The notes: a model not told the origin generated them from the letters alone. Counted from the first letter of the stretch, positions 1-9,400 are shown. The stretch is DNA of 32,000 bases from Nostoc punctiforme PCC 73102 (GCF_000020025.1 NC_010628.1:2910001-2942000), one strand, 5' to 3'. A program made the numbers and translations.

Positions 1-575
1 ATGGTTGCCATGTTGGGATGGATCATACCGGAACCTTTGGCAATGCCCCCAATTCTGACAGGGCGTTCACCTACAATTGTCTCTAGGGCAATGGATTTTG
101 TTACTAAATCTGTAGTGATAATCGCCCCAGCTGCGGCATCTGAACCTGTTGCTGATAGTGCTGCTACTACCTTGGGAATCCCACTTCGCAACGCATCCAT
201 CTTAATTCTTTGACCAATCACGCCAGTGGAAGCCAATAAGACAGATTCAGACGAGATGTTTAGTGCGTGAGCTATTGCCAGAGAAGACTCTAGGGTATCA
301 AGGTAGCCTTGATTACCTGTAGCGGCATTTGCTTGTCCAGCGTTGCAAAGGATGGCACGAGCGCTAGGTTTAGCTTGCAAGCGTTGGCGACAATATTCGA
401 CACAGGCAGCTTTAACTTGACTGGTGGTGAATACACCAGCTGCGATCGCTTCCACCTCTGAAAATATCAATGCTAAATCCGGCAACCCCGAAGGTTTCAA
501 CCCTGCGGTTATTCCCGCCGCCTGATACCCCCTTGGTGCTGTGATACCACCTGTGATTCTTTGCCAATCTGCCAT
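1..575 (-). CDS. argJ: ArgJ (bifunctional ornithine acetyltransferase / N-acetylglutamate synthase), N-terminal part; the gene runs off the left edge
   Basis: Absent from the ORF track because it has no stop codon in the window. The reverse complement from the ATG (complement of 573-575) reads MADWQRITGGITAPRGYQAAGITAGLKPSGLPDLALIFSEVEAIAAGVFTTSQVKAACV...VRIGGIAKGSGMIHPNMATM. It ends in the ArgJ-family KGxGMIxPNMATM(L) autoprocessing motif. The track ORF 1..213(+) is antisense to it. Confidence 0.85.
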   Translation of the reverse strand, partial: MADWQRITGGITAPRGYQAAGITAGLKPSGLPDLALIFSEVEAIAAGVFTTSQVKAACVEYCRQRLQAKPSARAILCNAGQANAATGNQGYLDTLESSLAIAHALNISSESVLLASTGVIGQRIKMDALRSGIPKVVAALSATGSDAAAGAIITTDLVTKSIALETIVGERPVRIGGIAKGSGMIHPNMAT

Positions 576-801
576 TATTCTTCCTTATAACTATCAGGTT
601 GGATAGGTCAATTTGTGCTTTAAAAAAGTGCGAAGAGACGCGATTAATCGCATCTGTATAAGAGTTATGAGCTTACCCCCGGTTCCCTTGCTCCCCAATT
701 CCCAGTGACTATTATGAGTTTATTTGCTGATGGCAATAATAATGCACCAGTTGGCGATTAGCATAATTGTTTTTACCTTTCTTATGAAGAAAGACAAATA
801 T

Positions 802-868
802 AAAAAAAGAGAGCGACCCAAGTTGCTCTCTAGAGCATTACGGTGCATCTTTTACTCACAGTATATAT
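802..868 (-). ncRNA. Candidate small RNA unit B: -10-like box plus about 50-nt body ending in an intrinsic terminator
   Basis: Minus strand reads TATACT (complement of 860-865), then ..GAGTAAAAGATGCACCGTAATGCTCT, then a 7-bp stem (808-814 pairs with 825-831, 10-nt loop) followed by a run of 7 T. It is paralogous to the unit at 954-1017. Confidence 0.3.
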
Positions 869-953
869 TTGATTATTTAAAAGTTAATACTTATTGATTA
901 AGATTATTTCTAAAATTTTAATGAGCTACTCCGTAAATACCACAAAATTAGAT

Positions 954-1017
954 AAAAAAGAGAGCTACTTAGGCAGCTCTCCAGATCATCAGGGTGCATC
1001 TACTTACCACACTATAT
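954..1017 (-). ncRNA. Candidate small RNA unit A: -10-like box plus about 50-nt body ending in an intrinsic terminator
   Basis: Minus strand reads TATAGT (complement of 1011-1016), then GTGGTAAGTAGATGCACCCTGATGATCTG, then a 7-bp stem (960-966 pairs with 975-981, 8-nt loop) followed by TTTTTT. It shares GATGCACC and the overall layout with unit B. It could alternatively just be the gatB terminator. Confidence 0.3.
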
Positions 1018-1117
1018 CATTTTAGGTATGCGGGTAGTCACCAGTTTTTATATAAAGATTTTATGAAGAAACACCGAGAAAATACTTACTTTAGGTATGG
1101 GACATTGGGCATTGAAA

Positions 1118-1290
1118 AGAGGCAGAGGGGCAGGGGGAAGAGAGAAGGAAGACAAGGGAGAGGGGGGAGACAAAGAAGGAACTTGTTTAATAATTCTCTC
1201 TTATTCCTCTTCTGCTCCTTGTCCTCCTTGTCCTCCTTGTCCTCCTGCTCCCTTACTCCCTACTCTCTCACCCTTCAAACCTGCTTTGAC
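1118..1290. repeat. Long imperfect purine-arm/pyrimidine-arm inverted repeat containing a 9-bp tandem array (CTCCTTGTC x3 plus a variant, 1215-1250)
   Basis: The purine-rich arm at 1118-1183 (gaaaagaggcagaggggcagggggaagagagaaggaag...) faces the pyrimidine-rich arm at 1196-1285 (ctcttattcctcttctgctccttgtcctccttgtcc...). It lies directly 3' of the gatB stop. It accounts for the spurious ORFs 994..1425 and 1097..1300. Confidence 0.55.
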
Positions 1291-1296
1291 AGACTA

Positions 1297-2772
1297 CTAA
1301 GCATTCAGTTTCTTTTCTACCAATTCGTTAGTCAGCTTAGGATCAGCACGTTTGGCTGTCTTTTTCAGAACTTGTCCCACAAAGAAGCCTTTAAGGTTGG
1401 TGTTACCGTTGCGATACTTTTCTAGTTCTTTAGGATTGGCGGCTATGACTTCATCAACGATAGGTTCTAGTACAGTAGGATCGGTAATTAACTCAAGACC
1501 TGCAAAGGCTTTTTCAGGAGAAATCCCACTGAGCAAATCTGGCAGTTTTTCTTTAGCTTGAGCATTACTAATTTTGCCCGTTTCAATGCGAGTAATGATC
1601 TCAGCTAAATTGGTGGGAGTCAGCTCGATTTGAGTAATAGTGAGTTTTTGCTTATTAAGATGGGCTGCGATATCTTGAGTAATCCAGTTTGCAGCAGCTT
1701 TGGGATTTGCTCCAGATGCGATCGCAGTTTCAAAATATTCGGCTATTGAACGATCTTCTGTCAACACTCGCGCATCGTAAGCCGAAAGCCCTAACTCACT
1801 TTCATAATGATGGCGTTTTTGGGCTGGTAATTCTGGTAGTTCGCTACGCCAATTTTCTAATTGTTCATTTGACACCTCAATTGGTGCTAAATCTGGTTCG
1901 GGGAAGTAGCGGTAATCGCTAGAACCTTCCTTTACCCGCATACTACTTGTGCGTTGAGCGCCTTCTTCCCACAGCCGAGTTTCTTGAATAATGCGATCGC
2001 CTGCTTCAATGGCGGCGATTTGGCGCTCAATTTCGTAGTCAATCGCTCGTTGGATGGCGCTGAACGAGTTCATGTTTTTAATTTCTACCTTAGTGCCAAA
2101 CTCCTTTCGTCCCACTGGACGCACAGAAATATTGACATCGCAGCGCAGAGATCCTTCTTGCATATTACCGTCACTCACGCCGAGATACCGCACAATCCGG
2201 CGTAACTCTTCGGCATATTCAGCAGCTTCTAATCCAGAACGCAGATCGGGTTCCGAGACAATTTCGACTAATGGTATACCTGCGCGATTGTAGTCTACCA
2301 GAGAATAGGAAGAACCAGAAAGGCGATCGCTGCCGGCGTGTACCAATTTTCCTGCATCTTCTTCCATGTGCAGACGTGTAATACCAATGCGTTTGCGGCT
2401 GGGATTGCCTTCAGCATCTACCAATTCTATTTCTAGCCAACCATGTTCTGCGATCGGTAGATCGTATTGAGAAATTTGGTAATTTTTGGGTAAGTCAGGA
2501 TAAAAATATTGTTTCCGGTCAAACTTACTATATCTGGCAATTTGACAATTCAGTGCCAAACCAGTTTTGACAGCGTATTCTAATACTTTTTCATTGAGTA
2601 CAGGTAAGACCCCAGGTAAACCCATACAAACCGGGTCAATGTTAGTATTTGGGTCAGCACCAAATGCCGTAGAGCTATTAGAGAAAATTTTGGTTTTGGT
2701 ACTCAGCTGACAATGGGTTTCTAGACCAATAATCGCTTCATACTCAGTTTTTACAGTTGTAGCAGTCGTCAT
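1297..2772 (-). CDS. gatB: Aspartyl/glutamyl-tRNA(Asn/Gln) amidotransferase subunit B
   Basis: 491-aa ORF. The N-terminus YEAIIGLETHCQLSTKTKIFSNSSTAFGADPNTNIDPVCMGLPGVLPVLN and the C-terminal YRNGNTNLKGFFVGQVLKKT (GatB/YqeY tail) are diagnostic of GatB. Confidence 0.97.
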   Translation of the reverse strand: MTTATTVKTEYEAIIGLETHCQLSTKTKIFSNSSTAFGADPNTNIDPVCMGLPGVLPVLNEKVLEYAVKTGLALNCQIARYSKFDRKQYFYPDLPKNYQISQYDLPIAEHGWLEIELVDAEGNPSRKRIGITRLHMEEDAGKLVHAGSDRLSGSSYSLVDYNRAGIPLVEIVSEPDLRSGLEAAEYAEELRRIVRYLGVSDGNMQEGSLRCDVNISVRPVGRKEFGTKVEIKNMNSFSAIQRAIDYEIERQIAAIEAGDRIIQETRLWEEGAQRTSSMRVKEGSSDYRYFPEPDLAPIEVSNEQLENWRSELPELPAQKRHHYESELGLSAYDARVLTEDRSIAEYFETAIASGANPKAAANWITQDIAAHLNKQKLTITQIELTPTNLAEIITRIETGKISNAQAKEKLPDLLSGISPEKAFAGLELITDPTVLEPIVDEVIAANPKELEKYRNGNTNLKGFFVGQVLKKTAKRADPKLTNELVEKKLNA

Positions 2773-2902
2773 AATATCACTAATTTCGGCATAATCCTTG
2801 TAGTGGTACTATTGTAGCGGCGTATTGAGTTGCGCTGAAGACGGTTATTTGGGTGAGTAATGCTTACCCTCATGAGCTTGAAAAGGAAGTTGTAAACCTA
2901 AG

Positions 2903-3148
2903 ATGAAGAAAATCTTGATTATTGGTTCGGAGGATGCTGGTAAATCTACCCTAGCCCGCGAACTGTGAACCATCTTAGGCTTAGAAGTCATTCACTTAGA
3001 TACTTGGTACTGGAATTCTGGCTGGGTTAAGACTCCAAAAGCAGGTAAGTATCTTGTACTAACTGATGATCTTAAATTAGCAAATTATCTTCAGAGTGTC
3101 GAAATTGACGTGATTAACTTTAACAATATTCGGCTCTTTAACTGGTAG
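2903..3148 (+). pseudogene. Remnant of a small P-loop NTPase (adenylate-kinase-like / topology-modulation-type ATPase)
   Basis: Reads MKKILIIGSEDAGKSTLAREL*TILGLEVIHLDTWYWNSGWVKTPKA.... The Walker A motif is degraded (GSEDAGKST instead of GxxGxGKST). There is an in-frame TGA at 2966-2968. Family-like sequence is lost after about 3046. Confidence 0.55.
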
Positions 3149-3558
3149 TAAAACATAAAATTTCACCACATACCTATTGCCCCAACCTATAGTAGTCCGC
3201 TCAATGGGGTAAATATGCACACGACTAGCTTCCCTTAAAAGGCTAGTTCTAATTCCCTTCTTTTTAAGAAATAAGGGTTAGGAACCATAAAGCCTTTAAA
3301 ATTAAAAGCGTAATTATTTAACTAAATATTAAAAATATACGCACTCGTTAATTAATACTTAAAACTATTTAATAATAAATCAAACTATTAAACAAACTTA
3401 GCACTCAAGGCTTGTTAGTGCTAATTTCTAACTGAACTTTAACACCTATGACATAAATCAAAAGTATACTTTTTATAGATGCTTAAGTTAGGTCAAAAGT
3501 ATTATAATAGAGAGAAAGTAAAGCTTCCTGCAAGTAATTTATAACTCGGAGTACTAGC

Positions 3559-3909
3559 ATGAAATACACTTTTGATATTGTAGGAGTATCTCCACTTTTG
3601 CAGTTTTTTAATCACCAACAGCAAAATGAGCAAAAACCACCCCACCAAGGTGTGGAATACTTGGGGATGTATACGTGTACACTAGATACCTTTCTAGAAT
3701 CGGTAGAATCTGTTCCAGCCAAGTGGGGTTGGAATCTAGATCAAGTGGTAGATACCGTGATTCAGTTTTGGTTGAACAACTCAGACAGTATTGGTTATTG
3801 GAAAGTACGTTTAAGTAATGCTGGTAAAGATAATTTACTAGTCGCAAGATTGGCAGATATAACCGCCTTACAAGCTGAATTTGAATCCCTTCTAGATAAG
3901 AAGTGGTAA
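3559..3909 (+). CDS. Hypothetical protein (116 aa)
   Basis: ATG preceded by GGAG. The amino-acid composition is protein-like (..WGWNLDQVVDTVIQFWLNNSDSIGYWKVRL..), unlike the overlapping antisense ORF 3608..3934. I recognise no family. Confidence 0.55.
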   Translation: MKYTFDIVGVSPLLQFFNHQQQNEQKPPHQGVEYLGMYTCTLDTFLESVESVPAKWGWNLDQVVDTVIQFWLNNSDSIGYWKVRLSNAGKDNLLVARLADITALQAEFESLLDKKW

Positions 3910-3982
3910 ATAGATAGCTAGATATAGGACTCATATTTGATTTTTGAAAAAGCTCAGTATAACTGAAAAATCCTTCTTTCCT

Positions 3983-4017
3983 CTTGCCTATTGCCTATTG
4001 CCTCTTGCCTCTTACCT
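3983..4017. repeat. Heptamer tandem array (CTTGCCT/ATTGCCT x5)
   Basis: cttgcct attgcct attgcct cttgcct cttacct, read directly from the sequence. It is the reverse complement of the array at 11944-11985. Confidence 0.9.
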
Positions 4018-4093
4018 GTCAACGCTACATTGCGCGAACAAAAATCAAAGCAGATTCCTATAGGAGTATGAATTGCTGCGCCTCCAGCCAAAA

Positions 4094-5104
4094 TCAATGC
4101 TTTTCTCTGTTATTTTCGTTTTCAAGTATTTTGAGAATTTTGAGATATAGATTTTCTACTCTCTTGGTCTGAACTTCACCAAAAGATGCATAGTGACTTA
4201 AGCTAGGAGCGCCATTTACTTCAAGGATTGTATAATCTACTATTGGTGAGGTTATATCACTAGCAAGAATATCCACACCTGCTAATCTCAGTTGCATATC
4301 TTTTGTAATACTTACTGCGAGTTTTTGAAAATCAGGATGAATGCTTTCTGTAAAGTCTACTGCTTCACCTCCAGTTGATAAATTTGCATTATCTAAAAGA
4401 TATACAATATTATTCTTAGGTATCACACTACTAAAATTTAGCTTCCGTCTTCGTAAGTTTTTTTTAATTCTGTAATCATCAAAATCTATAATTTCTTTTC
4501 TACCATTTTTGATAAAACTTTCTTGCTTCTGTTGCATAAGCTTTAAAACATTAGACTGGCCATCTCCGGTTATAAATAGGGGAATTCTTTGATATGCTGA
4601 AACTACTTCATCATCAAGTACTACAATTCTATAATCATTACCATTATAAAATCGTTCAACAATAAAGCCTGAGACTTTTTGCAAGATTTTCTTGGCTATT
4701 TGATAGTATTCTTGCTTATTATGAACCTTGGTAACAAATATTCCTTGACTGAGATTAATTGGTTTGACAATTACAGGAAATCCTAACTCTTTGGCATAAT
4801 AAAATCCTTGATCTATATTTCTAATATTACCTATTTCTTCGCATAATTCTTCACTAAAAAATGTTTTTCCTTCGGTAACTTTGTAGCCAAAATTATTCAA
4901 AAAAAAGCTGGAAACACTTTTATCTTTTGCTATTGCCGTTGAACCCGAAGAATTAATACTAAATCTGGTATTTCTGAAAAAACTTGTATTCCCGTTTTTA
5001 AAAGTAATTAATCCCACAAAGATGCATTCTGGGTCTACTAAAACTACTGCTCCTATTTCTTCTGCTACTTTTTGAATGATTGATGTTACAAATGGTGTTT
5101 CCAT
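4094..5104 (-). CDS. Stand-alone ATP-grasp ligase resembling the ATP-grasp (G) domain of cyanophycin synthetase
   Basis: 336-aa ORF with an ATG start. Motifs FPVIVKP..., IVERFYNGNDYRIVVLDDEVVSAYQRIP..ITGDGQS, NANLSTGGEAVDFTESIHPDF and LAGVDILASDITSP...ILEVNGAPSL follow the pattern I recall for CphA/RimK-type ATP-grasp enzymes. No Mur-ligase-like domain is present. Confidence 0.8.
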   Translation of the reverse strand: METPFVTSIIQKVAEEIGAVVLVDPECIFVGLITFKNGNTSFFRNTRFSINSSGSTAIAKDKSVSSFFLNNFGYKVTEGKTFFSEELCEEIGNIRNIDQGFYYAKELGFPVIVKPINLSQGIFVTKVHNKQEYYQIAKKILQKVSGFIVERFYNGNDYRIVVLDDEVVSAYQRIPLFITGDGQSNVLKLMQQKQESFIKNGRKEIIDFDDYRIKKNLRRRKLNFSSVIPKNNIVYLLDNANLSTGGEAVDFTESIHPDFQKLAVSITKDMQLRLAGVDILASDITSPIVDYTILEVNGAPSLSHYASFGEVQTKRVENLYLKILKILENENNREKH

Positions 5105-5487
5105 TATGATAACTATAATTTTATCGGAGGAACGTTAATATTCATTCTCAAATGAACTTTTGAGAGTCTCTTTTAAGACATTAGCGTTAATCTTACCACT
5201 GATACTGATTTTACTTCTGCGTATGCAAACAAATCATGAAAGCTGAATATTTGGCAAACCTTCTGCTTGAAGATTTTTTGGTGCTGGAAACAGTTGCAAA
5301 TTAAGGCTTTGAGATTCATAGCTACCTGAAAATTAGAACTTATTTGGTCTAAAATTTAGCGCTAAGTGTTGACAACTTATTAATAATCGAATAACAAGGT
5401 GGCAGCAGCATAAAAAAAAGCGTTAGTGCATTCCTACCTAGAAACTAATTAACGCCCTTCATTAAACTTCATACGGATAACATCATT

Positions 5488-5724
5488 ATGCCAGAAAATA
5501 CGGTTAACCAAGCTTCTAAATCAGACAATCAGCCTATTGCTTATAAAGAACGCCTCAATTCTTGGGCGATCGCTCGTCAGCTTCCTAATACGCAACGGGA
5601 AATTGTTGCTCGCTTCCGCAGCCGTTCTGATGCCGATGGCTATATGCGACACCTCCCCCAGGAAATTCCAAATGCTTCCTATATGGTTGTTTTTGATTGC
5701 CAACGCGAAGCATCTGTGATTTAA
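5488..5724 (+). CDS. Hypothetical small protein (78 aa)
   Basis: ATG-initiated ORF with hydrophilic, protein-like composition (..WAIARQLPNTQREIVARFRSRSDADGYMRHL..). Two overlapping ORFs in other frames look like by-products. No family assigned. Confidence 0.5.
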   Translation: MPENTVNQASKSDNQPIAYKERLNSWAIARQLPNTQREIVARFRSRSDADGYMRHLPQEIPNASYMVVFDCQREASVI

Positions 5725-5845
5725 AGTACAAGTTTACGCAATAGACCTATCTTGAAAATAGGGAACAGAGAAAGAAATTTTCGTTATAGATTGTGTTCGC
5801 GTAGGGGGTGCTTTGTCCTTACTCTGTTCATTAGTATCTTTTTAC

Positions 5846-5935
5846 ATTCTTGTGGTGAAAAGGGAAGGGTTAAGGGGAAAATCCAATCCCTTTAACCCTT
5901 GCTCTTAATCTCTTCTTTTGCGAGCAAAAAATTAA
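5846..5935. repeat. MITE-like hairpin element (GGGAAGGGTTAAGGGG ... CCCTTTAACCCTT family)
   Basis: cattcttgtggtgaaaagggaagggttaaggggaaaatccaatccctttaacccttgctctt...cttttgcgagcaaaa. It has the same core and TCTTG..G / CTTTTGC..GCAAAA edges as the element at 13814-13940. Confidence 0.55.
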
Positions 5936-6499
5936 AAATGTATAAGTGTAGCATTCACTACAAACTAATTTCAATACAGCAGTTTTCCTTTGCATGAAAA
6001 ACAAAGCTACTAGGGGAGAAGGCAAAAGGTAGAAACTCTTTATATATGATGCGTGAGTTCTGCATTTTTTTACCTTACTTGCTTAGAAGCCGCTATATTT
6101 ATTACATTACTTAACTTACTTTGATTTATTCTCGCCCACTTACTTAATTAGAACCAGAAGTTATTAAATTTTTTACCATTAAATTATATACAAATATATT
6201 ACTAGGAATTACGTACTGCACAAAAGAGTCATGTTGTGAGTCAAAGTAAATACGTCGTTTCAGATTTATATTAATCATTAATGATGGGAAATAAATCTGT
6301 GTGGTAGGAGCAATTCATGAATTACCTCTACGACGGATCTGGTTTCTCAAATCATCTATACTTGGCCTTTCTTGTCAATGCGTAAGTCCTAATTACTTCA
6401 AAAAATCCGTAATTGCCCCCTTGCTATTGATATTTTAAATTACTTAAAAGTAAAGGTTAGTGTAATAAGCCCTGAAAGGAAGTGCTTGAGGGTCAATAA

Positions 6500-9400
6500 G
6501 TGGTCAAACAGCGCCGATATCACTGGTTAAAAGCTGTAATATTTTTCCGCAAACGAAAATTACTAGCTTTGTTGTTGGGGATTTTCTTCTCAATCTCTGT
6601 AGTTTTACTCTGGCAGAGACTTTCAATTCAGACTCCAGGGTTATTAAAACCAGTAGTATTGATTACAGGGTTATTGGTTGTCACGCTGACATTATCAATC
6701 TGTTTTGCCCTGGCGATAAAAGTAAATAATCAGCAAATAGCACTCATAAATCAGGATCTAACTCATAGGATTTTAGAGCAGAAACAGGTAGAAATTACCC
6801 TCCGCGCCAGCGAAAATCGTCTGCGCCAGTTACTGGAAACTGTCAAAGTCATCCCTTGGGAATTAGACTTGAAAACTTGGCGATTTATTTACGTTGGGCC
6901 ACAAGCGGTAGATTTGTTAAATTATGCGATCGCAGACTGGTACGAAGAAAACTTTTGGATCAATCATCTGCATCCGCATGATAAAGAAAAGTCTGTTCGT
7001 TTTCGTCAAGAAGCAACTGCTAGATGTGAGAATCACGAATTAGAATATCGGATGTTAGCAGCCGATGGGCGAGTTGTTTGGCTACGAGACGTTGTTAGCG
7101 TAGTTGAGGAAGCAGGAACTCTTACTACGCTGAGGGGGTTTATGTTTGACATTACTGATTTAAAGCAGGTTGAAGAAACCTTGAGACTCAGAGAGAGGGC
7201 ACTTGCTGCTACCAGTAATGGAATTATTATTGCCGATGCCAGACTTCCCTATAATCCGATTATTTACGTCAACTGCGCTTTTGAGAAAATAACAGGCTAC
7301 ACTGCTGCTGATGTGATTGGGCAAAACTGTCGATTTTTGCAACGCACAGATAGCCAGCAACCAGCACTCAATGAACTGCGTTCATCTCTTCAAGCTGGAA
7401 CAAGTTGCAAAGTTATTCTCCGTAACTATAGTAAAGATGGTGTCTTGTTTTGGAATGAGTTGTGTATTTCTCCTATTCATGACGAAAATGGCAAATTAAG
7501 CCACTTTATTGGAATTCAGACAGATATTAGCCAGCGCAAGCAAGCCGAAGCCAGTCTGCGTCGGCAAGCCCTCACTTTTGAAAACATGCATGATGGCGTA
7601 ATTATCACAGATTTAGGCGGAAATATTATTGACTGGAATCCTGCTGCCCAAAGCATGTTTGGCTATACCAAAGCCGAGATTTTGGCTAAACATATCAGTA
7701 TTTTGCATCGGCCGGAAGTAGCCGCAACATTAAGCGCCAAAATTCTCGAAAAAATCAACCAGCAAGCACGCTGGTCAGGGGAAATACACTTTCTTTGTAA
7801 AGATGGCAGTCAGGCAATTTGCGAAACAACAGTAGTATCTTTACAGGATGAACAAGGAGAAACTGTTGCCACTGTTGGCATCAATCACGACATTACCGAA
7901 AATAAACGAGCTAAAGAAGCATTGCAACGGCAATTGCATCGCACCCTATTACTTGAACAAATTACTCAAGAAATTCGTCAAAGTCTTGATACCAGCAAAA
8001 TCTTTGAGACGGCTGCTACCCAAATTGGAAAAGCTTTTAAAGCCGATCGCTGTCTAATCCATTCTTACATTAGCGACCCTACACCTCGAATCCCCCTAGT
8101 AGCAGAATATAACACACTCCCCGGTTATTGCTCCATGCTGAAATTGGAAGTTCCCATGACTAACAATCCTCATGCAGAGCAGATGATGGCACAAGAAAGT
8201 GCGATCGCTTCCCCGGATGTATATGCCGATCCTTTACTCCAGGCAGCTGAACCTATCTGCCGAAAAATTGAACTGAAGTCTATGCTGTCAATCCGCACCT
8301 CCTATCAAGGAGAACCCAATGGTGCGATCGGATTACATCAGTGCAGCTATTTTCGCCAGTGGACACCAGACGAAATCGAATTACTAGAAGCAGTGGCGGC
8401 TCAACTGGGTATTGCTCTCGCACAGGCTCAGTTACTGGAACAAGAAACCCACCGACGGGAAGAACTTACCTTGAAAAACTTTGCCTTGGAGCAGGCAAAA
8501 CGTCAGGCTGAAGCCGCAAATCGGGCAAAAAGTGAGTTTTTGGCAATGATGAGCCACGAAATTCGGACTCCAATGAATGCTGTTATTGGCATGACCGATC
8601 TCCTGCTGGATACTGACCTCACCCCGCAACAGCAAGACTTTGTAGAAACAGTTCGCAGTAGCGGAGATGCTTTGCTCACCATCATCAACGACATTCTAGA
8701 TTTCTCCAAAATTGAGTCGGGAAAGCTGGAGTTAGAAGAACAGCCTTTTGATTTGAGAGCTTGTGTAGAACAGGCTATTTCTCTATTAGCCCCGAAAGCT
8801 GCCCAAAAAAATATCGAACTAGTTTACCTAATCCAACCGCAAGTTCCAACTCAGATCGTTGGCGATATGACACGTCTGCGCCAAGTCTTAATGAATCTCC
8901 TCAACAACGCCATTAAGTTTACTGAACGCGGAGAAGTGGTACTCTCTGTTGAACTGGGGGCTGGGGATTCAGTCAAGCAGGGGGAAAATTCCTCTCCTCT
9001 GCACCCTTCCCTCGTTCGGCTACGCCCTTCTCTACGAGAAGCTGCGCCCACGACTACGCTCAGGACAAGCTCACGGCAAGCCCGCCCCTCTGCCTCTTCC
9101 GAGTCCCCAATCCAAATTCAATTTGCCATCAAAGATACAGGTATTGGCATTACACCAGAGAAGATAGAGCGGTTATTTCATCCTTTCACTCAGGCTGATG
9201 TCTCCATGACTCGACGATATGGCGGTACAGGGCTAGGGCTAGTAATTAGCAAGCGGCTTAGTAAGATGATGGGAGGAACTCTTTGGGTGGAGAGCCAAGG
9301 GATTGTTGGTGGCAATCCTAGTCCTAGATGGAAAAGTAGAAAATCATTATCATCTCCTTACTCTTCCCAAGGTTCAACATTCTACTTCACCATTACTGCC

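Noticed and set aside
1-213. Track ORF (+) 70 aa at the left edge
   Set aside because: It is antisense to a much better reading frame (argJ, minus strand) that carries clear family motifs.
994-1425. Track ORFs 994..1425 and 1097..1300 (+), including Gly/Arg/Lys-rich and Pro/Cys-rich peptides
   Set aside because: They run through the purine/pyrimidine inverted repeat and into the antisense of gatB. Their low-complexity composition is dictated by the repeat.
3050-3080. GTAAGT ... TACTAAC string resembling eukaryotic intron signals
   Set aside because: The context is bacterial, and the sequence lies in the decayed tail of a pseudogene. A chance match.
3608-3934. 108-aa ORF (-) overlapping 3559..3909 (+)
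   Set aside because: It has Leu/Tyr/Ser-rich, antisense-like composition and no SD. The plus-strand ORF has a GGAG upstream and more protein-like sequence. Only one of the two can be real, and even that call is of moderate confidence.
5173-5319. 48-aa Cys-containing small ORF (-) upstream of the ATP-grasp gene, considered as a graspetide/RiPP precursor
   Set aside because: It has no SD and no Thr/Ser plus Asp/Glu core typical of ATP-grasp-modified peptides. The ligase resembles CphA rather than graspetide ligases. It is probably a random ORF in AT-rich DNA.
8851-9167. Track ORFs 8851..9051 (-) and 8949..9167 (+) inside the kinase gene
   Set aside because: They are open frames created by the GC-rich inserted repeat. 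The kinase frame is continuous across them with flanking catalytic motifs.
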